Source: an uncultured bacterium (GTDB lineage Bacteria > Margulisbacteria > WOR-1 > CAVSGV01). Taken from it: DNA of 64,000 nucleotides. The stretch covers positions 64,001 to 128,000 of the forward strand of contig CAVYHE010000009.1 in NCBI GenBank assembly GCA_963768305.1, read 5' to 3'. Position numbers and translations under genes: made by a program. The notes below the pieces were generated by a model. It ran no database searches and was not told where the DNA came from. It saw nothing but the letters and a program-made list of their open reading frames with translations. How positions within the stretch are numbered: position 1 is the stretch's first letter; the number at the start of each line of letters is the position of its first letter. Shown here piece after piece: positions 22,938 through 32,420 of this stretch.

Positions 22938-23501
22938 TCAAGCCTCCAAAGCATAAAAAGAGAGAACTGTGTCCCCGTAACCGGCATCCCTGAACTTTTT
23001 TAATTTTCCGTACGAATCCTGTATATTGTCACGCCTGCTGTGCTCCGCAATGATCACGCCGTTCTGCTCTATCAAAGCGGTCTGCGCGATCGTATTTAAC
23101 GACCCTTCAAGCGCCGGACTGCCGTAAGGAGCCCCGATAAAAACAATGTCGAATTTTCCGCCAGCATTATCTATGATCTTAAGGGCTTTTATCACATCCA
23201 GCGCGTAAACTTCCGCCCTGTCGGAAAATCCGCAAAGCTCCAGATTTTCCCGCAGGGTCCGGACTATTTTACCGTCATGCTCAACAAAGATCGCAAGGCT
23301 TGCGCCTCTTGATAATGCTTCTATCCCTACCGATCCCGTTCCCGCGAAAAGGTCAAGGAATCTGGCCTCCGGATTTTTTCGCGCAAGAATGTTAAAAAGG
23401 GCTTCTTTTGCCCTTCCTGTCAGCGGCCGCAGCCTCTTATCCTTGGAAAGCTTGGGAAACTTGAGATCTTTCCCTTTTGCTGAGCCGGCTATAACTCTCA
23501 C
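22938..23501 (-). CDS. rsmD: 16S rRNA m2G966 methyltransferase
   Basis: MRVIAG, KEALFNIL, LDLFAGTGSVGIEALSRGA. Confidence 0.93.
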   Translation of the reverse strand: MRVIAGSAKGKDLKFPKLSKDKRLRPLTGRAKEALFNILARKNPEARFLDLFAGTGSVGIEALSRGASLAIFVEHDGKIVRTLRENLELCGFSDRAEVYALDVIKALKIIDNAGGKFDIVFIGAPYGSPALEGSLNTIAQTALIEQNGVIIAEHSRRDNIQDSYGKLKKFRDAGYGDTVLSFYALEA

Positions 23502-25510
23502 TCTAATTTACTGCCCCAATTTTTAATGTTCAATTTATCCAAAGGAAAGCCTTCCTGGATCAGCATAATAGCCGCTTCCCTGGCTTCCCTGATTATTTCT
23601 TCGTCTTTGATTATATCAGCTACCCGAAAATTAGGCAAACCCCACTGGCGGACGCCGAAAAACTCGCCGGGACCCCGTAATTTCAAGTCAGCTTCGGCAA
23701 TTTTGAACCCGTCAGTGGTCTGAAGCATCGCTTCTATCCTCCCTTTCGACGCAGACGAAAAGGCATTTCCAAATAGAAAACAATATGATCTTTCGGTCCC
23801 CCTGCCTATCCGGCCTCTCAGTTGATGGAGCTGTGACAGACCGAACCGCTCGCATTGCTCTATCAGCATTATCGTGGCATTCGGAACATCGATGCCGACC
23901 TCGATGACCGTTGTCGATACAAGGACATTGATATCTCCCTTAAGGAAACTGGACATGACCTTGTCCTTTTCAGCCGGCTTCAATCGCCCGTGTATCAGTC
24001 CGACCTTATGCTCAGAGAATACTTTTCTAAGTATTTCGACCTCTGTTTCCGCGGCTTTCAGGTCTATCTTTTCCGATTCCTCGACCAACGGACATACCAC
24101 GAATGCCTGCCGGCCGAGCGATATCTGCTCCCTGATAAATCCGTAAAGCTTTGTCCGTTCCTGATCCTTAACATATCTGGTCACGATCTTTGCCCTTCCC
24201 GGCGGCATTTCATCAATGACCGATCTGTCAAGATCACCATACAATGTAAGCGCCAGAGTTCGCGGGATCGGCGTAGCTGTCATAACAAGAAGGTCAATGT
24301 TCAAGCCCTTTTGCCTGAGCTTTGTGCGCTGTTCAACGCCAAACCTGTGCTGTTCATCTATAACAACAAGGCCAAGTCTGCCGAATTTGACTGGTCCTTC
24401 CAGCAGCGCATGCGTTCCAACGATCATCAATGGTTTGCCGGCATCGAGGTCGTTAAAAATATCTTTTCTCGAGTTTTTCGTTGACCCTGTCAGAAGGCAG
24501 ACCCGAATGCCGATGTCATCAACAAGGCTTTTTATTTTATTGTAATGCTGGTTCGCAAGTATTTCCGTCGGCGCCATTATGGCCGCCTGATATCCGCTCT
24601 GGACCGCAGCGACCATGGCATAAAGCGCGACAACTGTTTTCCCGCATCCGACATCGCCCTGCAACATACGGTTCATCACCCTTCTTGATCTCATGTCCGC
24701 TAAAATATCGTCCAATGCTTTTTGCTGGGCATTTGTGAACATGAAAGGAAGGCCGCTCTTGAATTGACCGGTCAGCTTGCCTTCAATATCAAATGGCGTG
24801 CCGACATTTTCATCGATCTTTTTCCTGTTATAAAGAAGCCCCGCCTGGAACGAGAGAAGCTCATCGAATGCGAGCCGGCGCCTGGCTGCCGGCACTTTAT
24901 CCGGCTCAGACGGGAAATGGAGCGTTACTATCGATTCTTTGAGCGGAGCAAGGTTGAATTTTTTCATGATGGTTTCAGGCAAAGGATCACAGATCAACTG
25001 GAGCGTCTTTTCAAAAGCGCTCTTGATGATGCGGCGCAGCATCTTCTGCGTGATGCCTTCCGTAAGCCCGTATTTCGGCACTATCAGATCTGATTTATTC
25101 TGGTCGTTCACGATGTCAAACGCGCGTGGGACGAAATTCACCTCGCCGGAATACGGCTGCCTCTCCAGCTTCCCCGAAACGAAAATGACCGTTCCGGGTT
25201 TAAGCGTATTCGCCAGGTACGGCTGGTTGAACCAGATGATCCTGACCGGACCGCTTTCATCCTTTGCCGTTGCCTTCACGATGGAAAAGTTCCTTTTTGT
25301 GCGCGAGCCGGAGATCTTTGTTATTTCGACCTTGATGATGGCATCCTGGCCCTGGGCAAGCTTGGCGACCGGCGTCGGGAAACGCCTGTCCTCGTATTCG
25401 CGGGGGAAGTAATAGATGAGGTCTTCTGCCGTCTCAACTTCTAATTTTGAGAGGATCGAGGCTATTTTTGGCCCAACGCCTTTCAGGTATCTTACCTGGG
25501 TTTGCTGCAT
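23498..25510 (-). CDS. recG: ATP-dependent DNA helicase RecG
   Basis: LQGDVGCGKT, DEQHRFG, MTATPIPRTL, TTVIEVGIDVPNA, QLHQLRGRIGRG. Confidence 0.98.
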   Translation of the reverse strand: MQQTQVRYLKGVGPKIASILSKLEVETAEDLIYYFPREYEDRRFPTPVAKLAQGQDAIIKVEITKISGSRTKRNFSIVKATAKDESGPVRIIWFNQPYLANTLKPGTVIFVSGKLERQPYSGEVNFVPRAFDIVNDQNKSDLIVPKYGLTEGITQKMLRRIIKSAFEKTLQLICDPLPETIMKKFNLAPLKESIVTLHFPSEPDKVPAARRRLAFDELLSFQAGLLYNRKKIDENVGTPFDIEGKLTGQFKSGLPFMFTNAQQKALDDILADMRSRRVMNRMLQGDVGCGKTVVALYAMVAAVQSGYQAAIMAPTEILANQHYNKIKSLVDDIGIRVCLLTGSTKNSRKDIFNDLDAGKPLMIVGTHALLEGPVKFGRLGLVVIDEQHRFGVEQRTKLRQKGLNIDLLVMTATPIPRTLALTLYGDLDRSVIDEMPPGRAKIVTRYVKDQERTKLYGFIREQISLGRQAFVVCPLVEESEKIDLKAAETEVEILRKVFSEHKVGLIHGRLKPAEKDKVMSSFLKGDINVLVSTTVIEVGIDVPNATIMLIEQCERFGLSQLHQLRGRIGRGTERSYCFLFGNAFSSASKGRIEAMLQTTDGFKIAEADLKLRGPGEFFGVRQWGLPNFRVADIIKDEEIIREAREAAIMLIQEGFPLDKLNIKNWGSKLE

Positions 25511-25517
25511 ATCCGTT

Positions 25518-25526
25518 ATTTTATCA
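25518..25526 (-). promoter_or_regulatory. Extended -10 promoter directly before recG (leaderless-type spacing)
   Basis: TGATAAAAT, 7 nt, then ATG; no SD sequence. Confidence 0.5.
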
Positions 25527-25553
25527 TGAAGTTCACGCTTTTTTCTCGGATAT

Positions 25554-25598
25554 AAGTGAAATTTATCCTGAAAAATATCGATAATTATATAGAGAGGG
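25554..25598 (+). promoter_or_regulatory. Sigma28-like promoter motif upstream of the orphan ORF
   Basis: GAAA-N15-ATCGATAA; 35/45 nt identical to the motif at 54746-54790. Confidence 0.6.
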
Positions 25599-25657
25599 GT
25601 TTATCTGGCAGATCAAGCCCTTGCGGAGAATAAAGGGATTGGGGAGGATCTTTTATA

Positions 25658-26596
25658 ATGGAATTGAAATTTGATCATTTTATTAAGAAGGCTTTCAAGG
25701 CATCGGGAGTGCCCAGGCGCGGGAATATGGGCATTGACGCTGCCAATAACGTGATCAGCCGGCTAAGCAACTATTACTCTTTAGGGAATAGGGACGAGCA
25801 ACTGATCGATAAACTTGCGAACCTAAATCATGACGGCGGCTTATTGTTGCTATCAGAAGAACTTCCGAACAAGATCATAGGAAAAAACTTCGATAATTAT
25901 GAATGCAATTTATTGGGCTCATTAAGCTCAAACGAAGCCGTTTCCCTGTTCTTCCAATTTGGGCGGTATTCGAACCGCGCCAGGAATATGTGGCACAGTT
26001 ATTATCATTACAATAACGATAAGAATCATGTTGAAGCTGTTAAACTCCTGGATGCCTTGGCCAACATAGACATTAAATTACTGAAAAGCGCGTTCCTGGG
26101 GCATTTGGGGGGGCGTCTTGGAGCGGGGAAAATAAAAGGATCTTTAGTAAAAAACATTTTCGACGTCAGCAGGGAACACAGATTAAACCTCCCCATATCG
26201 CTCGTTGCGCTTAACAGCCCGTTGATCATGCATGTTGTAAAAGACCTAGACCTTGAAACAATCACCGATCTGTTCATTAAAGGTTTTATCGAACGGGAGG
26301 AATATGACGACTTTGAAATATCATCCGTCAGGTATATGTTGAGATCGCTTGGGAACAAGAAAGCATTTGATCTTTTCACGCATCTCGTGATAAATAATGT
26401 CATTGAAACGTCCGAAGGACTGGCCAAACTCTTATCTGACGCAGCTGCAGCGATAAGCGCGAAAGAAGGACATGTCCCGGATAAGATCATAAGCTCTATC
26501 AAGCAAAGCATTAAAATAACCAAAGAGAAACGTGTCGAACTAAAAGCTCATCACTCAATGCTTTGGCATTTATTGCGCGGGCGGGATACAAAATAG
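25658..26596 (+). CDS. Hypothetical protein (312 aa, predicted helical, no Sec signal)
   Basis: Long ORF filling the recG-rpmB gap, GGAGG RBS; no family recognised. Confidence 0.8.
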   Translation: MELKFDHFIKKAFKASGVPRRGNMGIDAANNVISRLSNYYSLGNRDEQLIDKLANLNHDGGLLLLSEELPNKIIGKNFDNYECNLLGSLSSNEAVSLFFQFGRYSNRARNMWHSYYHYNNDKNHVEAVKLLDALANIDIKLLKSAFLGHLGGRLGAGKIKGSLVKNIFDVSREHRLNLPISLVALNSPLIMHVVKDLDLETITDLFIKGFIEREEYDDFEISSVRYMLRSLGNKKAFDLFTHLVINNVIETSEGLAKLLSDAAAAISAKEGHVPDKIISSIKQSIKITKEKRVELKAHHSMLWHLLRGRDTK

Positions 26597-26620
26597 CCTT
26601 ATTCCCTGGATATTTCAAGG

Positions 26621-26649
26621 TTGAAAAGAATAATATTTCATGGTAAACT
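26621..26649 (+). promoter_or_regulatory. Sigma70 promoter of rpmB (leaderless-type spacing)
   Basis: TTGAAA-N17-TAAACT with extended TG, 7 nt before the ATG. Confidence 0.6.
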
Positions 26650-26656
26650 GCGCGAT

Positions 26657-26848
26657 ATGAGAATTTGCTTTATCTGCAAGAAAAAGCCGGGTGTGGGACA
26701 CAAGGTAAGCCATTCGAACAGGAAATCAATAAGGCTGTGGCTGCCGAACCTCCAGCGCGTCCGCATAATGGTCGGAAAAAAAGCGAAGCAGGTTTACGTC
26801 TGCACCAAATGCCTGAAAGCAGGAAGAGTAACTAAAGCCCGCGCTTGA
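26657..26848 (+). CDS. rpmB: 50S ribosomal protein L28 (Zn-ribbon form)
   Basis: MRICFICKKKPGVGHKVSHSNRKSIRLWLPNLQ...VCTKCLKAG. Confidence 0.95.
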   Translation: MRICFICKKKPGVGHKVSHSNRKSIRLWLPNLQRVRIMVGKKAKQVYVCTKCLKAGRVTKARA

Positions 26849-27299
26849 ACCGCTGAGTAGCTATCTCATCAAGGAATTTTATCTCCAATTGTTTCATCAT
26901 TTCTTTGTACTCGTCCAGATTGTGCTCTTTGTTCTTTTCTATGATCTTCCTGTCCTTCATGGATTCGATCAGCTTTGCCCGCTGGCTTTCAAGCTTCTTT
27001 GATGCGTCTATCACTTTTTCTATCTGATCATCAATGTCTTTTTTCAGCACGCCCAGATGAGCGTGCCGCCTCATGACCTTCTCGAATTCCGAGATCGGCC
27101 CTTTTTTTATGATGGACTTAAGCTCGTACTGCCTTTCGGATTTCTCCTCCTCCAATTGTTCTTCCTTCTGCTTTTCCGTATTATATTCCCGCTCTTTTTC
27201 CGCGAATTTCTCTTTTTCCTTCCGCTCTTTTATCCCCCTCACCCTCAGGACGGTCTCAAGAGGATATTTGAATCTCCCGGGCTGCTGCTCGCGAGCCAT
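26832..27299 (-). CDS. fliJ: Flagellar export chaperone FliJ
   Basis: FKYPLETVLRVR...E, charged coiled coil, LDEIATQRF end; directly downstream of fliI. Confidence 0.85.
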   Translation of the reverse strand: MAREQQPGRFKYPLETVLRVRGIKERKEKEKFAEKEREYNTEKQKEEQLEEEKSERQYELKSIIKKGPISEFEKVMRRHAHLGVLKKDIDDQIEKVIDASKKLESQRAKLIESMKDRKIIEKNKEHNLDEYKEMMKQLEIKFLDEIATQRFKRGL

Positions 27300-27321
27300 A
27301 ACTGCTCCTTCTTCCTAATTA

Positions 27322-28635
27322 TCAGTAAAAAATACTGAGCAAACGCTCAATCGTTTCTTCGTAGTCGCATTGCTCGAATGTCCCCTGCTTCAGGAATTCA
27401 TTCACTTCATCTATCTTGCTTATCGCGTAGTCGATCTTGGGATTGCTGCCTTTAACGTAAGCACCGATATTGATAAGGTCTTCCGCCTCCGCGTATCTCG
27501 CAAGAACCTCTCTTAATTTTGCCGCGGCCTCCTTGTGCTCATCGGAAACAAGGTTCGTCATGAGCCTGCTCACGGATTGCGGAACATTAATGGATGGATA
27601 ATGGTTCTTTGCGGCCAGGTCCCTGGAAAGGATGATGTGGCCGTCAAGGATGCTTCTGGATTGATCGGCTATGGGTTCGTTGAAATCGTCGCCTTCAACA
27701 AGGATGGTATAAAAAGCGGTGATCGATCCTACTTCTGCGGTACCTGATCTTTCCATTAATCTTGGAAGCAAGGCGAATACTGACGGGGTATATCCTCTGG
27801 TGGTAGGCGGCTCTCCGGTGGCAAGACCTATCTCCCTCTGCGCCATTGCAAATCGGGTGATGGAATCCATCATAAGGACGACCTTCATGTTCTTGTTCCT
27901 GAAATATTCCGCGATGGCGGTCCCGACAAAAGCGCCTTTCAACCTGATCAACGGAGGCTGGTCGGATGTTGCAACAACAACAACCGACTTCTTCATTCCT
28001 TCCTCTCCGAGCGATTCTTCGATAAAATCCCTGACCTCTCTTCCGCGCTCCCCGATAAGCGATATCACGTTCACGTCGGCTTCCGCATTCCTCGCTATCA
28101 TGCCCATGAGCGTGCTTTTACCGACTCCTGACCCGGAAAATATACCCAAACGCTGGCCTCTTCCGCAAGTGAGAAGCCCGTCTATCGCCCGTATCCCCAC
28201 TTTCAGCACCTCTGTAACGCGGGGTCTTTTTACAGGATCCGGCGGCTCTGCGTCAAGATAATGCTCGGCCTCAAATTCGATCGGCCCTTTGTCATCGATC
28301 GGCTCACCCAATCCTCCGAGTATTCTTCCTAAAAGCTTTGGGCCAACTTTTACTTTTAGCGGATGGCCGGACGCAAAAACCTGCGTCCCGGGAGATATCC
28401 CTGAAGTCGTGCCAAGCGGCATCAGCAGAACCCTTCCTTCCCTGAAACCTACTACTTCGGCAAAAGATTCATTGTCCGCCTTGCCCATTTTGAGGGTGCA
28501 AAGGTCCCCGATGGAAACTCCCTGTACCTGGGCCTCAATGATGAGGCCGACGACCTGTATGACCTTTCCTATGACCTTGACAAGATCGGTGTTTTCAACT
28601 GCTTTGTGGTATTTTTCAAAATCAATTGCGGTCAT
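27322..28635 (-). CDS. fliI: Type III export ATPase FliI/SctN
   Basis: GSGVGKST Walker A, LIGERGREV, MDSITRFAMAQREIG, VEGDDFNEPIAD, LINIGAY. Confidence 0.97.
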   Translation of the reverse strand: MTAIDFEKYHKAVENTDLVKVIGKVIQVVGLIIEAQVQGVSIGDLCTLKMGKADNESFAEVVGFREGRVLLMPLGTTSGISPGTQVFASGHPLKVKVGPKLLGRILGGLGEPIDDKGPIEFEAEHYLDAEPPDPVKRPRVTEVLKVGIRAIDGLLTCGRGQRLGIFSGSGVGKSTLMGMIARNAEADVNVISLIGERGREVRDFIEESLGEEGMKKSVVVVATSDQPPLIRLKGAFVGTAIAEYFRNKNMKVVLMMDSITRFAMAQREIGLATGEPPTTRGYTPSVFALLPRLMERSGTAEVGSITAFYTILVEGDDFNEPIADQSRSILDGHIILSRDLAAKNHYPSINVPQSVSRLMTNLVSDEHKEAAAKLREVLARYAEAEDLINIGAYVKGSNPKIDYAISKIDEVNEFLKQGTFEQCDYEETIERLLSIFY

Positions 28636-28640
28636 TTATA

Positions 28641-29372
28641 CTACTTGCCTGTTCCACCGTTCGAGGATATTTTGCGGAATGCTTCTTCTATCGCAGCGAT
28701 CTTCGTGGAGATCCTGGCGTCCACATATCCAAGGTTCGTTTCTACTACGCATCCCCCCGGCTCAACGCTGGCATCCTCCACAATCGAAAGGCTTTTGATC
28801 CCGTCGACAATGTTCCCTATCCTGTCCTTATATTTTTTTACGTTCTCCAGGTCTTCTCTGTTCACCTTTATGATGACCTGCTCTCTGTCGCTGACCCTGC
28901 TTATAGCGTCAGAAACAATGTTCAGCGAAACGTCCCTATGAAGGGATACTTCGGATTTTATGATCTGCTCCGCCACCTTCAGGGAAAGACGAAGTATCTC
29001 GTTCTCCGCGTCTTTGATTATCTTTTTCCTCTCTATAACCGCGTCATTAAGCGTCTGAAGGGCATCTTTCACCTTGTCTGATGCGGATTCCTCGGCTACC
29101 CTTTTTGCTTCCTCCAGTCCTTCCTCTTTTGCCTGCTCCCTTATGCCATCCGCTTCCTCTATCGCTTTTTTCAAAATTCCATCCGCTTCATTTTTTGCGT
29201 AATCAACGAGCTGTTCGCCTTCCAGTCCGATCGTTTCGGTATTTATCGTCTCGGGAAGTTCTATTTCCGAGGTCTCTGCAAGCGGGGACATCTCTTCTTC
29301 AAACTCGGGAACATGCTCTTTTAAATAAACGATACCCTTTTCATTGAGAAGCCTTTTTTTTATGAGCCCCAT
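28641..29372 (-). CDS. fliH: Export ATPase regulator FliH/SctL
   Basis: AxxxG-type helical region, KVAEQII, GGCVVETNLGYVDARI. Confidence 0.9.
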   Translation of the reverse strand: MGLIKKRLLNEKGIVYLKEHVPEFEEEMSPLAETSEIELPETINTETIGLEGEQLVDYAKNEADGILKKAIEEADGIREQAKEEGLEEAKRVAEESASDKVKDALQTLNDAVIERKKIIKDAENEILRLSLKVAEQIIKSEVSLHRDVSLNIVSDAISRVSDREQVIIKVNREDLENVKKYKDRIGNIVDGIKSLSIVEDASVEPGGCVVETNLGYVDARISTKIAAIEEAFRKISSNGGTGK

Positions 29373-29887
29373 CAGCTAAGCCTTTCGGAGATGCTTTTCA
29401 GCACTTTCTCCTCGAGTTCCTTTGCCATCGGGACGTCCTTGATGGAGAGAAGCCTTTCTTCTATCAGCTGTTTGTTGTCTTTCACAAGGTTAAGGGTCTC
29501 GTATATCTTTTCCACCGGCAGGTGGGAAAGGACGTATGCCGATATTTCGGGCCTTTCAGGTTCAAGCGCTTTTGCGAGGGCCGCTGATGACGCATTAGTG
29601 ATCATCTCAAGCGGCGTGCCTCCTTCAGCGGGAAGCGCGGGATGGCCTTCAGACGCAGCAGACTCTTCGATCTGCGCCTCGGGAGAGGCTTGCGCATTTG
29701 ACATGTGCTCGTTAAATTCCGTCACCGCCTCCAGCAATTCTTCCTTTGTGGGCGTCCTTAATTTTTCGGACGCGGCCAATATGGAAACGGCCATTTCTTC
29801 GGGAATGTAGCTTAATATCTTCTGGGAAAGCTCATCCCCCAGAAGCGACAGCACGGCGGCGGCCCTGTCGTAACCCTGCAGCATCAT
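29372..29887 (-). CDS. fliG: FliG-like protein, N and middle domains only (171 aa)
   Basis: RAAAVLSLLGDELSQKIL (FliG_N) and ERPEISAYVLSHL (EHPQ-like FliG_M); overlaps the fliF stop and the fliH start. Confidence 0.8.
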   Translation of the reverse strand: MMLQGYDRAAAVLSLLGDELSQKILSYIPEEMAVSILAASEKLRTPTKEELLEAVTEFNEHMSNAQASPEAQIEESAASEGHPALPAEGGTPLEMITNASSAALAKALEPERPEISAYVLSHLPVEKIYETLNLVKDNKQLIEERLLSIKDVPMAKELEEKVLKSISERLS

Positions 29888-31293
29888 GTTCCCTCCCCTA
29901 ACCATGATCTTATGATGTCAGCCGCGAATTTCGGATTCCTGGATGCCAGATCTTTCATTTGATCGACTATCGGGATCTCTTCTTCCCTTCCCTCCAGTAT
30001 CGGCTCCGCTTGTACCTCCGGCAGCTCCTCTTTTTCCCTTACTCCTGCTTGCCCGCCTTTCGGTTGGCGAGGCCGTGAGGCGGAGCCGAACATACCGAAC
30101 ATCGAAAACACGGCTAAAATGAAAATCACGACAATGGCAACTGCGGATTCTCTCCCGTATTTGCGGTAAATATTCTTGATGCTCGACAAGGAGAAAGCGT
30201 TAAGCTTGATCCCGCCGACCAGGCTGGAGGCAGTGGGGGCGCCGGCAGACCTGAAAGGAACGCTTTTGACTATTATCCTGTCTCCCCTGTCCTTATCATA
30301 ACCGACGACAGCGGAGATCGTTTCAAACGTCGCCTTTTTGACAGAAGGATTCATTTTGAAGGTCTTATCAACAAGTATGATGACCGTAGTCTTCCTTGTC
30401 TGGATAGAGTCGACATTTACTCTGGCGATGGTGACGTTCGGCGGATATATCTTATTTAGCAAAGCCTGGACCTTGTTCGTGAGCATGTTCTCCAGGTCAA
30501 GTTTTGCCTGGATCCCCAAAGCCGCTTTTTCTTCGCCCTTCTCAATGACCACTTCAGGGCTTTCCACGGCAACAGGCGCGGCCGTGATCTCCTGTTTTTC
30601 AGCAGGTGCATTCCCGAAACCGGTCAACATATTGCCGTTCGTGTCGACAATGACTATGTTGCCAGGCTTCAGATTTTCAACGCTTCTGGAAACAAGGTAC
30701 ATAATGCTGTTGACCTGCCTCTGATTCAGCGTCTCCCCGTCTCTCAATTTAAGAAGAACGGAAGCTGTCGCCGGCGCCTGTGAGACCTCGAACAACTTTG
30801 TTTCGGGGATCACTATCTGGACCCTTGCATCATCGACGGCGCTTAACCTGTCGATGGTCCTTGCGAGTTCACCTGATATCGCGCGTATGAACTGGATGCG
30901 CCTGTCAAAGTCAGTAGCACCAAGCTTTGACTGGTCGAATATTTCCCATCCCACTGTTCCGCCGGCCGGAAGGCTTTTTTCTGCAAGCCCAAGCCTTGCC
31001 TCATCGGCTCTGCCCCTTGGCACAGCTATGGACCGCCCTTCGTCCCTTATCTGATACGAGATCTTCAATTCTTTCAGCCTGGTAATGACGGATGCCGCAT
31101 CTTTCAGGTCCATGTTCGAATAAATGACGACATTCTCGGGAAGTTTGGTTTTTTCAACTCCCTGATCGGGCATTAATTTCGGGAATGACCTGAGGCCGAT
31201 GATAAAAAGAGTGAAAAAGACGACTATGATGACAGTAGCTATTATTATTATCTGCCTTCCGCCCGCCGGAGCCGGCGTTAAATCTTCTGCCAT
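29884..31293 (-). CDS. fliF: MS-ring protein FliF (shortened)
   Basis: TM, GWEIFDQSKLGATDF, RAISGELARTI, ARVQIVIPE, ASVLL, AVVGYDKDRGDRIIV, second TM, IIRSWL. Confidence 0.92.
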   Translation of the reverse strand: MAEDLTPAPAGGRQIIIIATVIIVVFFTLFIIGLRSFPKLMPDQGVEKTKLPENVVIYSNMDLKDAASVITRLKELKISYQIRDEGRSIAVPRGRADEARLGLAEKSLPAGGTVGWEIFDQSKLGATDFDRRIQFIRAISGELARTIDRLSAVDDARVQIVIPETKLFEVSQAPATASVLLKLRDGETLNQRQVNSIMYLVSRSVENLKPGNIVIVDTNGNMLTGFGNAPAEKQEITAAPVAVESPEVVIEKGEEKAALGIQAKLDLENMLTNKVQALLNKIYPPNVTIARVNVDSIQTRKTTVIILVDKTFKMNPSVKKATFETISAVVGYDKDRGDRIIVKSVPFRSAGAPTASSLVGGIKLNAFSLSSIKNIYRKYGRESAVAIVVIFILAVFSMFGMFGSASRPRQPKGGQAGVREKEELPEVQAEPILEGREEEIPIVDQMKDLASRNPKFAADIIRSWLGEGT

Positions 31294-31308
31294 TTTACCC
31301 TCTTTCTT

Positions 31309-31335
31309 ATATCGGAGCTATTAAGGAACCGTTAA
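31309..31335 (-). promoter_or_regulatory. Sigma28-like promoter motif upstream of fliF
   Basis: TTAA-N15-TCCGATAT followed by AAGAAAGAGGG. Confidence 0.5.
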
Positions 31336-31652
31336 ATAGCTATTTGTGTAACTTCCTTGAAACTGCTTACCGCCGTTGTAATGGTTGTGACCGCAAGCTG
31401 AACGGCAACGTTCATCTTTGAAGTAGCGACCATGACATCGGATAGCTCCACTTTTCCCGCGACATATCCGTCAATGAGTTTATTCGCGTTCCACTCCGAT
31501 GCGGAAACATTGTTCAAGGCATCAACCGCGCGCCCCAGCATCTGGTCAAAGATATTTCCGGCAGGCGCCGGGCCGGCGCTCTTCACGGCCGGTTTATCAA
31601 GCACACCCCCGACCTGAGCCAGGGCAATAGGCGTTATAGGTGGATTGACCAT
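31332..31652 (-). CDS. fliE: Basal-body protein FliE
   Basis: FDQML...LSDVMVATSKMNVAVQLAV...FKEVTQIAI; position after flgC. Confidence 0.85.
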   Translation of the reverse strand: MVNPPITPIALAQVGGVLDKPAVKSAGPAPAGNIFDQMLGRAVDALNNVSASEWNANKLIDGYVAGKVELSDVMVATSKMNVAVQLAVTTITTAVSSFKEVTQIAI

Positions 31653-31670
31653 TTAAGACCGCCTCCTTTT

Positions 31671-32099
31671 TTATTGTATGGACAAAGTATCTGTGGCCAT
31701 TTTTTTTGTCGCGTTGAACGCTGTTATGTTCGCCTCATAGACTTTCTCCACATACACCATGTCCACCATCTCTTTCGCCATAGAAACATTTGGCAAAGAA
31801 ACGTATCCCTGGCTGTCTGCGTCCGGGTGCCCAGGGTTGTACACTTTTTGGAACGGGGTCGGATCTTCCACGATATCTTTTATTTCTATGCCGCCGGGCA
31901 TTTTTTTCTGAGCGGCGGATAACGCATCGGAGAACTCCAGGGGCTTTTCTTCGAAAACAGGGATCTTCCTGCGATAAGGCCCTCCCTGTTCCGTCCTGGT
32001 CGTATTTATGTTCGCGAGATTACTTGAAATGAGCTCCATATGGATCCTGTTGGCGTTTATCGCGGATACGCTTATGTCCATCGCCTGATCAAGCCCCAT
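31671..32099 (-). CDS. flgC: Proximal rod protein FlgC
   Basis: NLANINTTR..GGPYRRK, YNPGHPDAD..GYVSLPNV, YEAN. Confidence 0.95.
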   Translation of the reverse strand: MGLDQAMDISVSAINANRIHMELISSNLANINTTRTEQGGPYRRKIPVFEEKPLEFSDALSAAQKKMPGGIEIKDIVEDPTPFQKVYNPGHPDADSQGYVSLPNVSMAKEMVDMVYVEKVYEANITAFNATKKMATDTLSIQ

Positions 32100-32123
32100 G
32101 GGTCATCCCCTCCTTTTATCCGA

Positions 32124-32420
32124 TCAATGCTTTCCCTGCGTCACGACAAAATGCAAAGCGCTGAGCTTGGAAGTAAGAAGCTTCACGTAAGCCGCGTTCT
32201 CCTGCGAATTCTTTGCAAGCGCCGCCATTTCCTCTTCAAGGACCACCTTGCTGTTGGCCCTCTTCACCGCTTTATTCAGTACATCGTTGAAATCAAGCGC
32301 CTGGTAATCGGGATTATTGAGATTCGCTATGTTTTGCGAAATGACCGCCTGGCGTTTCGTCGCCTTCGAAATGCCTTCCTGCAGTTTCATGAAAGTACTG
32401 TCAAATATTTCTATCGCCAT
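32124..32420 (-). CDS. flgB: Proximal rod protein FlgB (short, 98 aa)
   Basis: RQAVISQNIANLNNPDYQALDF, LEEEMAALAKN. Confidence 0.88.
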   Translation of the reverse strand: MAIEIFDSTFMKLQEGISKATKRQAVISQNIANLNNPDYQALDFNDVLNKAVKRANSKVVLEEEMAALAKNSQENAAYVKLLTSKLSALHFVVTQGKH

